From: an uncultured virus (IMG/VR IMGVR_UViG_3300010885_047022)
Taxonomy: Duplodnaviria > Heunggongvirae > Uroviricota > Caudoviricetes
DNA length: 20,000 bases
Direction: 5' to 3' (one strand)
Virus record (IMG/VR): IMGVR_UViG_3300010885_047022
Coordinates: 106,137 to 126,136 of that record
In this document: positions 1 through 9,268 of the stretch, one piece after another
Layout of the letters: each line of letters begins with the position of its first letter
How positions within the stretch are numbered: position 1 is the stretch's first letter
The notes under the pieces: generated by a model
Database searches by the model: none
Told to the model about the DNA's origin: nothing
The model's input: the letters and a program-made list of their open reading frames with translations, nothing else
Made by a program: the position numbers and the translations under genes

Positions 1-1648
1 CCGTAGTACTCACTATTAAAGTACCTCCAGAAGAACTAGTACAGTTACCTGGTGTTGTTCCTGTTGGAGCTAAATAAACTGTTCTTCCAGAAGCGGAATA
101 TACTAAGTAATTTTGGTTAAATGCACTATTACTACTTCCCGAAATCCTAACTTCATCGGCAAACTGTAGTATACATCTGGTGGCGGAGTCTAATGTCAGG
201 ACAACATATGCCGATTGTGTTGTATCTCTTGATAAAGAAGTAACTCCATATCTTAAACTGGAAATTGATGTAGATACTGATGGTCTTCCAGCCTCAATTG
301 CATGATTGGAGTTTAAGTAATATAGGTTTGTGGCAAAACCAGCAGTTCGTTGAAAAAAAGTTATTGGTTGATAATTGGTACTAGTTCCGTATTCTGTATG
401 ATAAGGATAAGAGAACCATATTGAACCTTGATTTCCGTCCGAACCCATGGAAGAGGTGTATCCTGAAGCGTTAGAACTCGATGTTGTACTACTGGCTGAT
501 ATCCAGCCGGTATTATGGGAAGTCCATGTTTTCCCTCTTATTGCGCCAGACCAATCACTCCAGTCCCCATACTCTACGATAGTTTCGTAATAAACCCTTG
601 CCCTAAATCGGTATTCTCTTGATTGAATAACAGAAAAATTTTGTCCATAATAACTTGTACTAGTTCCGGTAACAACTTCAGTTCCAAAGAATGAAGTTGT
701 ACCTAGCCAGGTAATACCGCCCCTAGCTCTATATTGCCATTCCCACTGAATTTTTGCATTACCGTTATTATATGCATTAATATCAGTAAGTATGGCTAAA
801 TTGGTATCTGAAGTATAATCAGCAATCTTAAAGGGCACTTGCGCCTTGTGGAATGGATAAGTAGCAGTTCCGCTAGAAAAAGAACTATAAGTACTATAAG
901 AGTTTATCGGAGACGCATAATACGTTGCTGCCGTACAGTAATAGGTTACATTTGGTGTCAAACCAGTAAATTGAACAGTTCTAGAAGCAGTTGTATCATC
1001 TAAGGGGAGAATGCTGCTATTAACTGTTTGGACAGGCGTAGTTCCGCCATAGATGTATAAGTCAAATTTGATATACGCAGTAACTCCGTTAGTTGAATAG
1101 TTGGCGCTAGAGCTAGATGAAAATGATATTTTTGTGGAACTAATTGTCCCTGTGTTGGTTGGTGTTGTTGGCGTTGTCTTTGAGTATGATATTGTTGAGG
1201 CATCTAGTGTCAGTACTGTGCTAAATTCAACAAACTGGCCCGCTAAGTCATAGAATGCAATATAGGCTGAAAAATTATACGAAGTTCCTGGGCTCAAAGT
1301 AGAAAAGGTAAATGTTTGATTTATTGCACTAGTCGTCGGTGAAGCTGGGCTACTCTGAAAGTTTCCTGAATCATTTGTCCGATAGGCAAAGACTCTTTTA
1401 TTTTCGGAACTTGACGTTTGTACTCTTACTGTTACGGAGGTTGGAGTTGCACTAACAAAACTAAAAGTTGGATTGGTATTAGTTATTCTTGAATAAAAAG
1501 TTGACCAATCATTTGCTCCCGCACCAGTTTTAATTTCTCCTTTATTAACACTTGCCCAATCGTTACCTCCTGGTCCTGTTTTAATTTGTGGATTAGTTAC
1601 AGTTGTCCAGTCATTTGCCCCAGCTCCTGTTTTAATTTGTATAGTCAT
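1..1648 (-). CDS. Tail fibre/receptor-binding-type virion protein with FN3-like domains (>=549 aa, runs off the left edge; absent from the ORF track)
   Basis: Manual translation: ATG at 1648 preceded by TAGGA, open to position 2 without a stop (MTIQIKTGAGANDWTTVTNPQIKTGPGGNDW...). Ser/Thr-rich, with FN3-like strands TFTFSTLSPGTSYNFSAYI, TVQFTGLTPNVTYYCTAAT and EYRFRARVYY...YGDWSDWS. Confidence 0.8.
   Translation of the reverse strand, partial: MTIQIKTGAGANDWTTVTNPQIKTGPGGNDWASVNKGEIKTGAGANDWSTFYSRITNTNPTFSFVSATPTSVTVRVQTSSSENKRVFAYRTNDSGNFQSSPASPTTSAINQTFTFSTLSPGTSYNFSAYIAFYDLAGQFVEFSTVLTLDASTISYSKTTPTTPTNTGTISSTKISFSSSSSANYSTNGVTAYIKFDLYIYGGTTPVQTVNSSILPLDDTTASRTVQFTGLTPNVTYYCTAATYYASPINSYSTYSSFSSGTATYPFHKAQVPFKIADYTSDTNLAILTDINAYNNGNAKIQWEWQYRARGGITWLGTTSFFGTEVVTGTSTSYYGQNFSVIQSREYRFRARVYYETIVEYGDWSDWSGAIRGKTWTSHNTGWISASSTTSSSNASGYTSSMGSDGNQGSIWFSYPYHTEYGTSTNYQPITFFQRTAGFATNLYYLNSNHAIEAGRPSVSTSISSLRYGVTSLSRDTTQSAYVVLTLDSATRCILQFADEVRISGSSNSAFNQNYLVYSASGRTVYLAPTGTTPGNCTSSSGGTLIVSTT
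1502..1642 (-). repeat. Three 17-aa (51-bp period) coding repeats with core IKTGxGxNDW at the N-terminus of the fibre protein
   Basis: IKTGAGANDWTTVTNPQ / IKTGPGGNDWASVNKGE / IKTGAGANDWSTFY read directly from the minus strand. Confidence 0.85.
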
Positions 1649-1657
1649 AATAAAATC

Positions 1658-3271
1658 CTAAGAAAGATATATATCTCCAATAGCGCCATCAGTTGGCCTT
1701 CCACTACCATATTTGATATTTCTTAAAATCATAGTATTTAAAGCTCCACCATTAGTTGTCACGCCAGCACTAAAACCATTAATACTTGATGTAACAACTC
1801 CACCACTAAACCAAGCTACTCCAGTTGGAGAAATAAATGATAAAGTTGCCCCAGACCCTGCATATATACTACCGCCATATCCTCCTGGATCCCCGATGCT
1901 CCAGCCACCTATTGATCCAGATGACGCAGTTATTACTCCAGTAAAAGATGCTATGCCATCTGAACCTATTGAAACAGTATTGGTTCCTAACGCATTATAT
2001 GCTTTTATTCCTGTTGAATTTATTTGCAGTCTTGCTCCAGAAGATCCAGTTTGAACATTTACAACACCTAGATTAATTGTTCCAGTAGTAATGACTCCAC
2101 CACTAATTGCAGTTACATTAGAGTTTACTTGTCCCCCAGTAATTAAACTTGTTGCTGCAGTACCGCCAATAGTTAGAGTAGTTCCATTCCAACTCAATTG
2201 ATCCTTTAAGGAAAATTGACCAACGTTGTCAACATAGAACGCTGTGTTCGCATTATTGAAAGTTCCTGTTCCAATATACATTTTTGTAGAACTTATAGTT
2301 AGTCCTGCAATTGATCCACCAGTAATCGCATCACCATTATCAAATGTCCCAGGGGTTGATCCATCTGCAAACTGCAGGGTACCTCTTATTGTTAATGATG
2401 TGCCATTCCATAAAACATAGTTAGTTGCATTTCCAGTTCTAAACTGACCATTAGAGTACCAGTAGTTGTATGTTGGGTCACCAATAGTCATGCCACCGTT
2501 ACCACCGTTGATAGCTCCATTAATCTTTAATTGATTAGGGGCAGTTCCCACTGTAATGCTATCTGCGGATAAAGTCGCTGTTACGGAAACATCTGATCCA
2601 ATTGATATACTATCATTGTCGTAAGTAATTCCATTTGGTCCGCCCAAACTAAAATGACCATCTCCTCTAATCTGCCAACCTTGTGTACCTGAAGTGTCCA
2701 GGTAAGTGGTTGATTGAATAATGGAGTTCGCTCCATTAAGATTGATGGTATGAGACCCAATTGTTCCGGCAGTTATTTTTGAGGCGGTTAAAGATCCAAT
2801 ATATTGATTGTCGATTAAGGGAGTGTGTGGGTCAGTTTGGACCAATGAAGTCCACGGTCCTACGTTTCCAGTTGTGTCGATAGTTCTTGCTCTACCCCAA
2901 AAAGGCGCAAGCCCGCCACCATCTTCTTCTAACTGGAGATTACTTACTCTGACAGTAAATACGTTGGCGTCAGCAAAACCAGTTAATGGGCCATCTTCAT
3001 CAGACATATTGGAATTTTCATATAATTCATATTCATATTTTCTTACGTCTAGATCTTGACTATAATCAAAAACAAACATAACATTTTCTAAACCAGCATA
3101 GAGTTTAAGATTAGTTAGTGCAGAGGGTGTTGTTGCGTCGGTTGGTACTTGAAATCTAATAGTGTCTGAATAATCAGAAAGAACATTTAAATCAGAGTTC
3201 TTAGCCCTGACGGTAAGAACGTATTCTTTTCCAGGTTTTAAATTTTCTATTTTCTTTTTTATAATAGCCAT
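1658..3271 (-). CDS. Tail tip / central-fibre-like protein (FN3-like domains plus Gly/Thr-rich beta repeats)
   Basis: IENLKPGKEYVLTVRAKN and TPSALTNLKLYAG...RARTIDTTGNVGPWT are FN3-like. IGSLTASKITAGTI and GSIGGWSIG are typical of phage tail-tip/host-specificity proteins. Ends in PTDGAIGDIYLS. I prefer the ATG at 3271 (537 aa), just after the upstream stop, over the track start at 3286. Confidence 0.75.
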   Translation of the reverse strand: MAIIKKKIENLKPGKEYVLTVRAKNSDLNVLSDYSDTIRFQVPTDATTPSALTNLKLYAGLENVMFVFDYSQDLDVRKYEYELYENSNMSDEDGPLTGFADANVFTVRVSNLQLEEDGGGLAPFWGRARTIDTTGNVGPWTSLVQTDPHTPLIDNQYIGSLTASKITAGTIGSHTINLNGANSIIQSTTYLDTSGTQGWQIRGDGHFSLGGPNGITYDNDSISIGSDVSVTATLSADSITVGTAPNQLKINGAINGGNGGMTIGDPTYNYWYSNGQFRTGNATNYVLWNGTSLTIRGTLQFADGSTPGTFDNGDAITGGSIAGLTISSTKMYIGTGTFNNANTAFYVDNVGQFSLKDQLSWNGTTLTIGGTAATSLITGGQVNSNVTAISGGVITTGTINLGVVNVQTGSSGARLQINSTGIKAYNALGTNTVSIGSDGIASFTGVITASSGSIGGWSIGDPGGYGGSIYAGSGATLSFISPTGVAWFSGGVVTSSINGFSAGVTTNGGALNTMILRNIKYGSGRPTDGAIGDIYLS

Positions 3272-3272
3272 G

Positions 3273-4190
3273 TTATCTGATTCCACCTATGGATACAAAA
3301 ACTGCTTGATCACTAATTTGTTCTTTATTAATACTTAAGTATAAATTATAACTAAAAGAATAAGAAGATATTTTAATATTATTTCCAGAAGATATAATAT
3401 TTTTATCGGTAATTGTTTGAAGTTCTAAATTATAATCTCTATAATTTAAATCATTATTTTCGTATAAAATAACATTTTCTTGCAATGTTGTATTGTAACA
3501 ATCCACTACTATCCAGTCAAGTTCTAGGGCCATATTTGGAAACTCTACATTTTGCAGACCAGTTAATTTAAGTTTAAACTTTCCATAATCAGGTCCTTTA
3601 TTGCCATATATTTGTATGCTTGGTCCTGTAAAAGTTAAATACAATTTTGAACCTGGATTTGAGGAAAGACCATTATTCCAATCGAGATTTGGATTTATAA
3701 AAGAAAAGTTATAGGATGACTCCGATCCAGCAACAACGTCATAATCAGTTATATCTACTTCAGTAAATAATGAATTGAACTGAGCTTGCTCTGCTGATGT
3801 GACCTGGTAATCTTCAGAGCTCAATAATTTAACATATCGTAAGTTTCCAGTTTTATAATATATACTATATTGACTTATTGTTTCTATGTCTGCTTCATGA
3901 TCTTCGGCTGCTTGAAAATATAACGTATCATTGTTAATAATATTATTTACTGGAACCATTCCAGAGTCTGACCCAATAGTTTCATATACTACTAGATATG
4001 AAGAATGATCTTCTAAGAGATCTAAAGAACTATTATAATATTTTTCTATTTCCAGATCAGTTACATCTATAAATAGCCATGTATCTTTTAATATTTTATC
4101 ATTAGGCGTGAACTTGTTGATAGTTCTTTTAACGAGCGGATAAGAATAAGTTGTGGATTCTCCTTGTTTAAAATATTTAAACCATGTCAT
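3273..4190 (-). CDS. Virion protein with a C-terminal galactose-binding-like (jelly-roll) domain; putative baseplate/receptor-binding protein
   Basis: PGSKLYLTFTGPSIQIYGNKGPDYGKFKL...VDCY...ILYENNDL...KNIISSGNNIKI matches the FtG-G-kGP-G/VDxY/KN-SSG pattern of carbohydrate-binding-like beta-sandwiches. Tightly packed among tail genes. Confidence 0.6.
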   Translation of the reverse strand: MTWFKYFKQGESTTYSYPLVKRTINKFTPNDKILKDTWLFIDVTDLEIEKYYNSSLDLLEDHSSYLVVYETIGSDSGMVPVNNIINNDTLYFQAAEDHEADIETISQYSIYYKTGNLRYVKLLSSEDYQVTSAEQAQFNSLFTEVDITDYDVVAGSESSYNFSFINPNLDWNNGLSSNPGSKLYLTFTGPSIQIYGNKGPDYGKFKLKLTGLQNVEFPNMALELDWIVVDCYNTTLQENVILYENNDLNYRDYNLELQTITDKNIISSGNNIKISSYSFSYNLYLSINKEQISDQAVFVSIGGIR

Positions 4191-4191
4191 A

Positions 4192-5865
4192 TTAAATTAC
4201 TTCCGTATATAGAATTTCATATTCATGAGTATTTAGTGTGGCGTCGTCTACTTCAATAGAAATAACTGTATCAAATACTGGAACTCCGCCAGGAATTATG
4301 TCAGATATAAATCCATCAACTGTAACTGATAGAGGTTTAACTGCATATGAATTTTGAGTCGCGTTGAGTGCTCTAATGTTTTCATAGTCAATATCGGTAG
4401 ATTTAATTCGATGCGAACCATCTGATCCAGTGTGCGCGTGCTCACTCAGATCAACTCCATCTATAGTAATTCCTTCTTTTACGAATATATCTCCAGTAAT
4501 ATTTCCTTTATCTTTTAATATATACTGAGGATGATCATCGTCTAATAGGCCATCAAGTTTGGAATGACTAGATAAGAATGTATTATTTCTATTAGTATTG
4601 CTATATATATTTCTAAATAATGAAGAATATAGATCGTTCTCGACTGTTTGTAGTACTTGTCTTTTCTGCACTGATTTATTTCCTAATTGAGAAATGTAAT
4701 TTGCATACTTTCTTTTTTCGTGAATTAAAGACATCATAGAGTCTACGCGTGCAGACATCATTTCGAATCTTTGCATACAGTCTGCGTGGATTGAAGCAAA
4801 GTTACCTTTTATTAAATTAGTAGCAACTATTAATTCTCCAGATAAAATTGGATTATCTTTGGAAAATTTAGTTGTTAAATAATCAAATTCTAATGGATTA
4901 GATATATCTTTAGATATTCTCAAGGATGGACTAACAAATCTACTATAGAAGATTTCACAATTATCTATTAGATCTCTTTTTAGGGAAGCTATTTGATCAT
5001 TAATTTCAGCGTCAACTGCGTTTAGTCTAATCGCAAAAAAAGCTTGGAATTGAGCGGCTTGCTTCTTAGATATCTTATCCAGTTCGGCATTGGGTATTTC
5101 TCCTGGCTTTGAAACGATTGTTTTTGCAATCCGTTGCGAATAATGTACTGCGATTTTCCCCCATGTGTCATATTGTAACGCGATTTGTTGCTGTGTTGGA
5201 TTTTCATATTCATCCCCAAAATCAAGTAGTAGTGAATTTTTAATATAACTAATTTCATTTAAAAATAAGTTTAATAATTTTCTTAATTGATAGAAATATG
5301 AGAATGTTGCTTGAGCTACAGCTTGATCATATTCATTAACTAATCTCCTTCCTGCGGTAGAGGCGTGTCTTTCGGCAAATAAGTACTCATCAAAACAGAT
5401 GTACCTTGGTGGATTATCTTTAGCTACTGTATTAATATCATCAACTATCGTTGGAATTGTTTCTATATTATCTTCTATAACTTGAGTACGAAAAACAGTT
5501 TCTTGTTTTTTATCTGGAATATTCATTAGGGGAGATGATTCGTCCCAAATTCTAAAATGTGATTCTTCAAGATCTGGATCAAGATATGGATTAATATAAA
5601 TTTTTCTTAAAAGATTATTTTCTATATTATCTTTAGTTGCAGCTAGGATATTTTCAGAATTTAATATTTGTTGTTTTACAGAATCTAATGGAATATAATA
5701 ATCTGTTCTAAAACTATAATCTGAAGCGTTAGGTAGAAGTCCAGCTAAACGAGGTGGGATTTGATTTGCAGGGGCTTTATCCCTATAGAAAGTATCGCCA
5801 AATTTATAATCTGCGTATATCTCTTTGGCGTCAGTTGAGTAACTTTGGATATTGTTTATAGACAT
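4192..5865 (-). CDS. Putative virion structural protein: helical body plus C-terminal fibre/spike-like segment
   Basis: 557-aa ORF with AAGGA RBS-like sequence upstream. The segment SHSKLDGLLDDDHPQY...ITGDI...IDGVDLSEHAHTGSDGS resembles HPQY/HxH motifs of trimeric phage fibres and spikes. Confidence 0.55.
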   Translation of the reverse strand: MSINNIQSYSTDAKEIYADYKFGDTFYRDKAPANQIPPRLAGLLPNASDYSFRTDYYIPLDSVKQQILNSENILAATKDNIENNLLRKIYINPYLDPDLEESHFRIWDESSPLMNIPDKKQETVFRTQVIEDNIETIPTIVDDINTVAKDNPPRYICFDEYLFAERHASTAGRRLVNEYDQAVAQATFSYFYQLRKLLNLFLNEISYIKNSLLLDFGDEYENPTQQQIALQYDTWGKIAVHYSQRIAKTIVSKPGEIPNAELDKISKKQAAQFQAFFAIRLNAVDAEINDQIASLKRDLIDNCEIFYSRFVSPSLRISKDISNPLEFDYLTTKFSKDNPILSGELIVATNLIKGNFASIHADCMQRFEMMSARVDSMMSLIHEKRKYANYISQLGNKSVQKRQVLQTVENDLYSSLFRNIYSNTNRNNTFLSSHSKLDGLLDDDHPQYILKDKGNITGDIFVKEGITIDGVDLSEHAHTGSDGSHRIKSTDIDYENIRALNATQNSYAVKPLSVTVDGFISDIIPGGVPVFDTVISIEVDDATLNTHEYEILYTEVI

Positions 5866-5873
5866 AATAATCC

Positions 5874-7730
5874 TTAAAACATCTTTCTAGAAATTCGACC
5901 ACTAGAGTTCTTCTTTCGACTCATCCCAGTAGATAAAGCTTGAACTCTTCCAGTGATAAAATTACTGGGATTCTTTTCTTCTTCATCATCTTTAGTACCA
6001 GGTTTAGTCATAAAAAACTCATTAGAAAATGATTGAGTCTTATCTGCGTAGTTAGTTCTAGCAAAATCTCCATAGTTTTGGGTAATAGCCAATAGGGCTA
6101 ACATTAGGGCATCGTGGGCATGGTCTACGGCTGATCCACCCGCTTCAAAGACCGGTCTACCACTACTGGTCATTCTCACTACAACATATGAAATTAACTG
6201 GAGATACATTTCTTCATCATCTTCAGGAAATAGTATATTTTCACGTTCCAAATATTGACGAAGATTATCAACCATATAAGGTTTCATTTCTTTCTTAATC
6301 ATTAATTTAGTATAAGGGTCTCGAACCTCTATAGACTCACCAAATCCAATGCCCTTGACTCTTTCTTTCATTTTTGAAGATGGATTTTCTACGCCATGTT
6401 TTCTCAAAAGTTCTACTTGAACTTCCCCATATCCACGGTCAACATATATGTGCTTAGGATTAAAAATTTGATTAAGTTCAATGATTCTGTCTACCGCGCG
6501 CGTAAGCGTGTATTCTGACTTACTAATTTCTTCACGATAATAAAGTCTGACCTTACCTCTGAATCTTGGATCCTCATAGTTGTCAGCACAGACTTCTAAA
6601 ACAACTATATTTGTACCAGCTCCATATTTATCCCAGTCTACCCCTATAACATGGAATGATCTGGCAGACATAATTTCAGGGTGATATTTCCACGATGGTG
6701 CAACAAATGCACGGTCGATAAACTTTCTTGGATAAACTCCTTCTGAGTCTTCTCCCCAGTCAGCTTCTATTTCATGTCGATATCCACTAGAAGAATATTG
6801 TTCTCTAAATTCTTCTTCTTGTTCTTTACTGAAAAATGGGTTACAGTATGAAGGAAACCAAAACTCTTTAAACCTTGCACTGTTGCACCATTCCCAGAAT
6901 CTTTCTCTACGACCAGTTGGAGTAGATGCGCCGATCATTACTTTGTCAGGTTGATCTTCTGCAGTTTTCTGGAGCATGGCATATAAGGCGTCAAGATCGT
7001 CCGCATGCATATAGTCCATTTCGTCAAGAACAATAAGATGTGCTTCTTGACCACGAGCAACATCACTCCTTCCGCCGGACTTCATACCAGAAGTGAAGAA
7101 TCTAATTGTTGATCCATTAGAAAACTGAATCATAAACTGCGGGCTAGTAACTTTTCTAGTAATAGAATTAGTTACTACTTCATTCTTTGCGGATATTCTT
7201 AAAATTTCCTGGTAGATAAGTTCTACCTGGGTTTTCATTGGCGCGATAACTAATGATCTTCCATCTTTATGAGTATAGCTATAGTGTAGCAATTGTATTG
7301 CAAGACTGAATGTTTTGCCAAGACGACGACCTGCTCTAAGAACTTTTCTCAAAGATGGGTCTCGCAAAATGAGAATTTGATATACTCTCAGATCTGCTTG
7401 CAAAAATTGTTTTGCCCAAACAACAGAATCTTTTGCAACATGCAGTTGCCTTTGATGTTCCGAACTAATTCCCGCAGCTAATAATTCTTTATCTAATTCA
7501 AATGGTTCATCTATAAGAAGTGATAATTCTTGATTAGTTAATTGCCTATTTAATACTGGTGTTCCATCATTCCAAGATAAATGGTTTAATTTATTTTCAA
7601 AAACCCATTCAATTCTATTAATTTGCTTTATTAATTCAGGATCCTGTGCTTTAATTATTTCAAGAAGATCTTCCCTTGACAGGGCTTCTAAAGATTCTCT
7701 AAATTGTTTTGTCTTACTTGATATAGTCAT
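5874..7730 (-). CDS. terL: Terminase large subunit
   Basis: Adenine-binding LRVYQ, Walker A RAGRRLGKT, Walker B LIVLDE, coupling motif ASTP, and RNase H-like nuclease acidic motifs IGVDWD, YVDRGYG and DHAHDAL. Confidence 0.93.
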   Translation of the reverse strand: MTISSKTKQFRESLEALSREDLLEIIKAQDPELIKQINRIEWVFENKLNHLSWNDGTPVLNRQLTNQELSLLIDEPFELDKELLAAGISSEHQRQLHVAKDSVVWAKQFLQADLRVYQILILRDPSLRKVLRAGRRLGKTFSLAIQLLHYSYTHKDGRSLVIAPMKTQVELIYQEILRISAKNEVVTNSITRKVTSPQFMIQFSNGSTIRFFTSGMKSGGRSDVARGQEAHLIVLDEMDYMHADDLDALYAMLQKTAEDQPDKVMIGASTPTGRRERFWEWCNSARFKEFWFPSYCNPFFSKEQEEEFREQYSSSGYRHEIEADWGEDSEGVYPRKFIDRAFVAPSWKYHPEIMSARSFHVIGVDWDKYGAGTNIVVLEVCADNYEDPRFRGKVRLYYREEISKSEYTLTRAVDRIIELNQIFNPKHIYVDRGYGEVQVELLRKHGVENPSSKMKERVKGIGFGESIEVRDPYTKLMIKKEMKPYMVDNLRQYLERENILFPEDDEEMYLQLISYVVVRMTSSGRPVFEAGGSAVDHAHDALMLALLAITQNYGDFARTNYADKTQSFSNEFFMTKPGTKDDEEEKNPSNFITGRVQALSTGMSRKKNSSGRISRKMF

Positions 7731-7733
7731 AAA

Positions 7734-9266
7734 TCATCCATAGTGGGCAGCCATCATAGCACCCTCTGATCCTAGCATACTTCTTGCATTTAATCTAGAG
7801 TTTTGAATAGCCATTACTCCTCGTGATCTTGAAGTTGCTGCTGCTTCTGTATCCTTATATCCCATGCCAAATAAAGGTTTATTGATATCTCCTTGCAAAG
7901 ATTTTCCAGCGTCTTTAGCTAAGTTAATACCGCTCTTAACAACTTCTCCTGCCATCTTACCTAAATCATATACTAAAGATGCTGTAGCAATTACGTTAAG
8001 TCCAGGTATAGCCATTGCTCCAGCTCTGGCTCCAAGAACTTTCATGCCAGCTTTTGAACCCAATGCTTCCATGACTCCTTTTCCACCAAGTTCTTTGAAA
8101 ACACCATTTTCTAAGACATGCTGTGCTGCTTCCATACCAACCTTGCCCGCTATTTGTTTTTCACCCAAAGCTTCTGTCATATGAGCTACTGCTTTTTGTG
8201 CTCCTGTTAAAGCTTTTCCTTCTAAACCTGATCGAGTTGCAAATCCTTGTGCTCCTCTGAAATAACCAGCCATATATCTAGTTGCTTCTCCAGATACAGA
8301 AGATGCCATAAGATTTCCTCTAACTCCCATGGTTGATTCACTCGCTCCTACAATTGTTTTACCTTCAACTTTTAAGGCGTTTCCGGTTAAACCTAACATT
8401 GATCTATCTGCATATGATCCACCCATTAAACTATATCTACCCGCGGCATTCCCGATGCTCATGCCAGTGTCTTTGAGTGCTCCACTCTGCATAATTCTTT
8501 CTGCTGTATCTTTTTTCAAAAACCTTCCCATTTTTAATTCTTCAACAATGCCCGGATTATTCATTTTAGCTAAACTTCCAATATTTCTATCTACCGTTGC
8601 TAATTTTTTAGCGGCTCTTCTAGAACCACTTCTTTCTAGTAGGTCTGTTTTTCTACCAGCTGTGATGAAAGAAAGTAGGCCTGGACCAAATGCAGATCCT
8701 CCGGCAGCAGGGTCGACTCCTGCATTTGCTGCAATTTTTCTACCAAATTTACTATTACCCATTATATGGGCTGCACCGAATGGGGTATATGTACCACTTT
8801 CTTTGAAGACGCTTAATGAGTGGAATCTACCTAAGGCTCTAGGTCTCATTGTGATGTTATTAACTCTAGCACCACGTAGCCATCCAGCTTTTTCTACAGA
8901 TTCTGCTCCAACAAGTTTACTAATTCTACCAACTTTAGTGCTTTCGGTACTTAATCTAGCAGCTCTCCTACCTAGTATGCCTCTTCCACCAGCTATTCTT
9001 CCTCCACCTATGAAGTTAGCTGCACTTCTTTCGGAAAGTACACCAGCTTCATCCATAAGCCTAAATTTACTAGCCATGCGTGAGCCTTTTGCATATTTAT
9101 AGTCCATGAATCCGCCACGCATTAAGGTATTAGTTCCTCTTGCAGTGCTGAATCCTACTGAAGTAGCAATACCTGGAATATTTTCCATCATTCGCATAGC
9201 TAATGGTGCTTGAACGCCAGACATGTCCATAGCTTCTTGCATTACTTGCTCTCTCATGACTGCCAT
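7734..9266 (-). CDS. Gly/Ala/Met-rich basic protein; putative internal virion/ejection protein (510 aa)
   Basis: No Cys, strongly basic, hydrophobic segment AGAMAIPGLNVIATASLVY near the C-terminus. Lies between the terS-like gene and terL. Function inferred from composition and context. Confidence 0.5.
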   Translation of the reverse strand: MAVMREQVMQEAMDMSGVQAPLAMRMMENIPGIATSVGFSTARGTNTLMRGGFMDYKYAKGSRMASKFRLMDEAGVLSERSAANFIGGGRIAGGRGILGRRAARLSTESTKVGRISKLVGAESVEKAGWLRGARVNNITMRPRALGRFHSLSVFKESGTYTPFGAAHIMGNSKFGRKIAANAGVDPAAGGSAFGPGLLSFITAGRKTDLLERSGSRRAAKKLATVDRNIGSLAKMNNPGIVEELKMGRFLKKDTAERIMQSGALKDTGMSIGNAAGRYSLMGGSYADRSMLGLTGNALKVEGKTIVGASESTMGVRGNLMASSVSGEATRYMAGYFRGAQGFATRSGLEGKALTGAQKAVAHMTEALGEKQIAGKVGMEAAQHVLENGVFKELGGKGVMEALGSKAGMKVLGARAGAMAIPGLNVIATASLVYDLGKMAGEVVKSGINLAKDAGKSLQGDINKPLFGMGYKDTEAAATSRSRGVMAIQNSRLNARSMLGSEGAMMAAHYG

Positions 9267-9268
9267 TG

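Noticed and set aside
1000..1203. 67-aa minus-strand ORF in the track
   Set aside because: Alternative frame inside the longer 1-1648 fibre gene.
1713..3059. Plus-strand ORFs 1713-2054 and 2808-3059
   Set aside because: Antisense shadows of the Gly-rich tail gene (Pro-rich mirror composition).
1..3271. Diversity-generating retroelement targeting the fibre genes
   Set aside because: No reverse transcriptase and no TR/VR repeat pair seen in the window.
5022..5258. 78-aa minus-strand ORF
   Set aside because: Out-of-frame ORF nested in 4192-5865 with no recognisable motifs.
4192..5865. Calling this gene the portal because it follows terL
   Set aside because: No portal motif recognised and the C-terminal part is fibre-like; position alone is insufficient.
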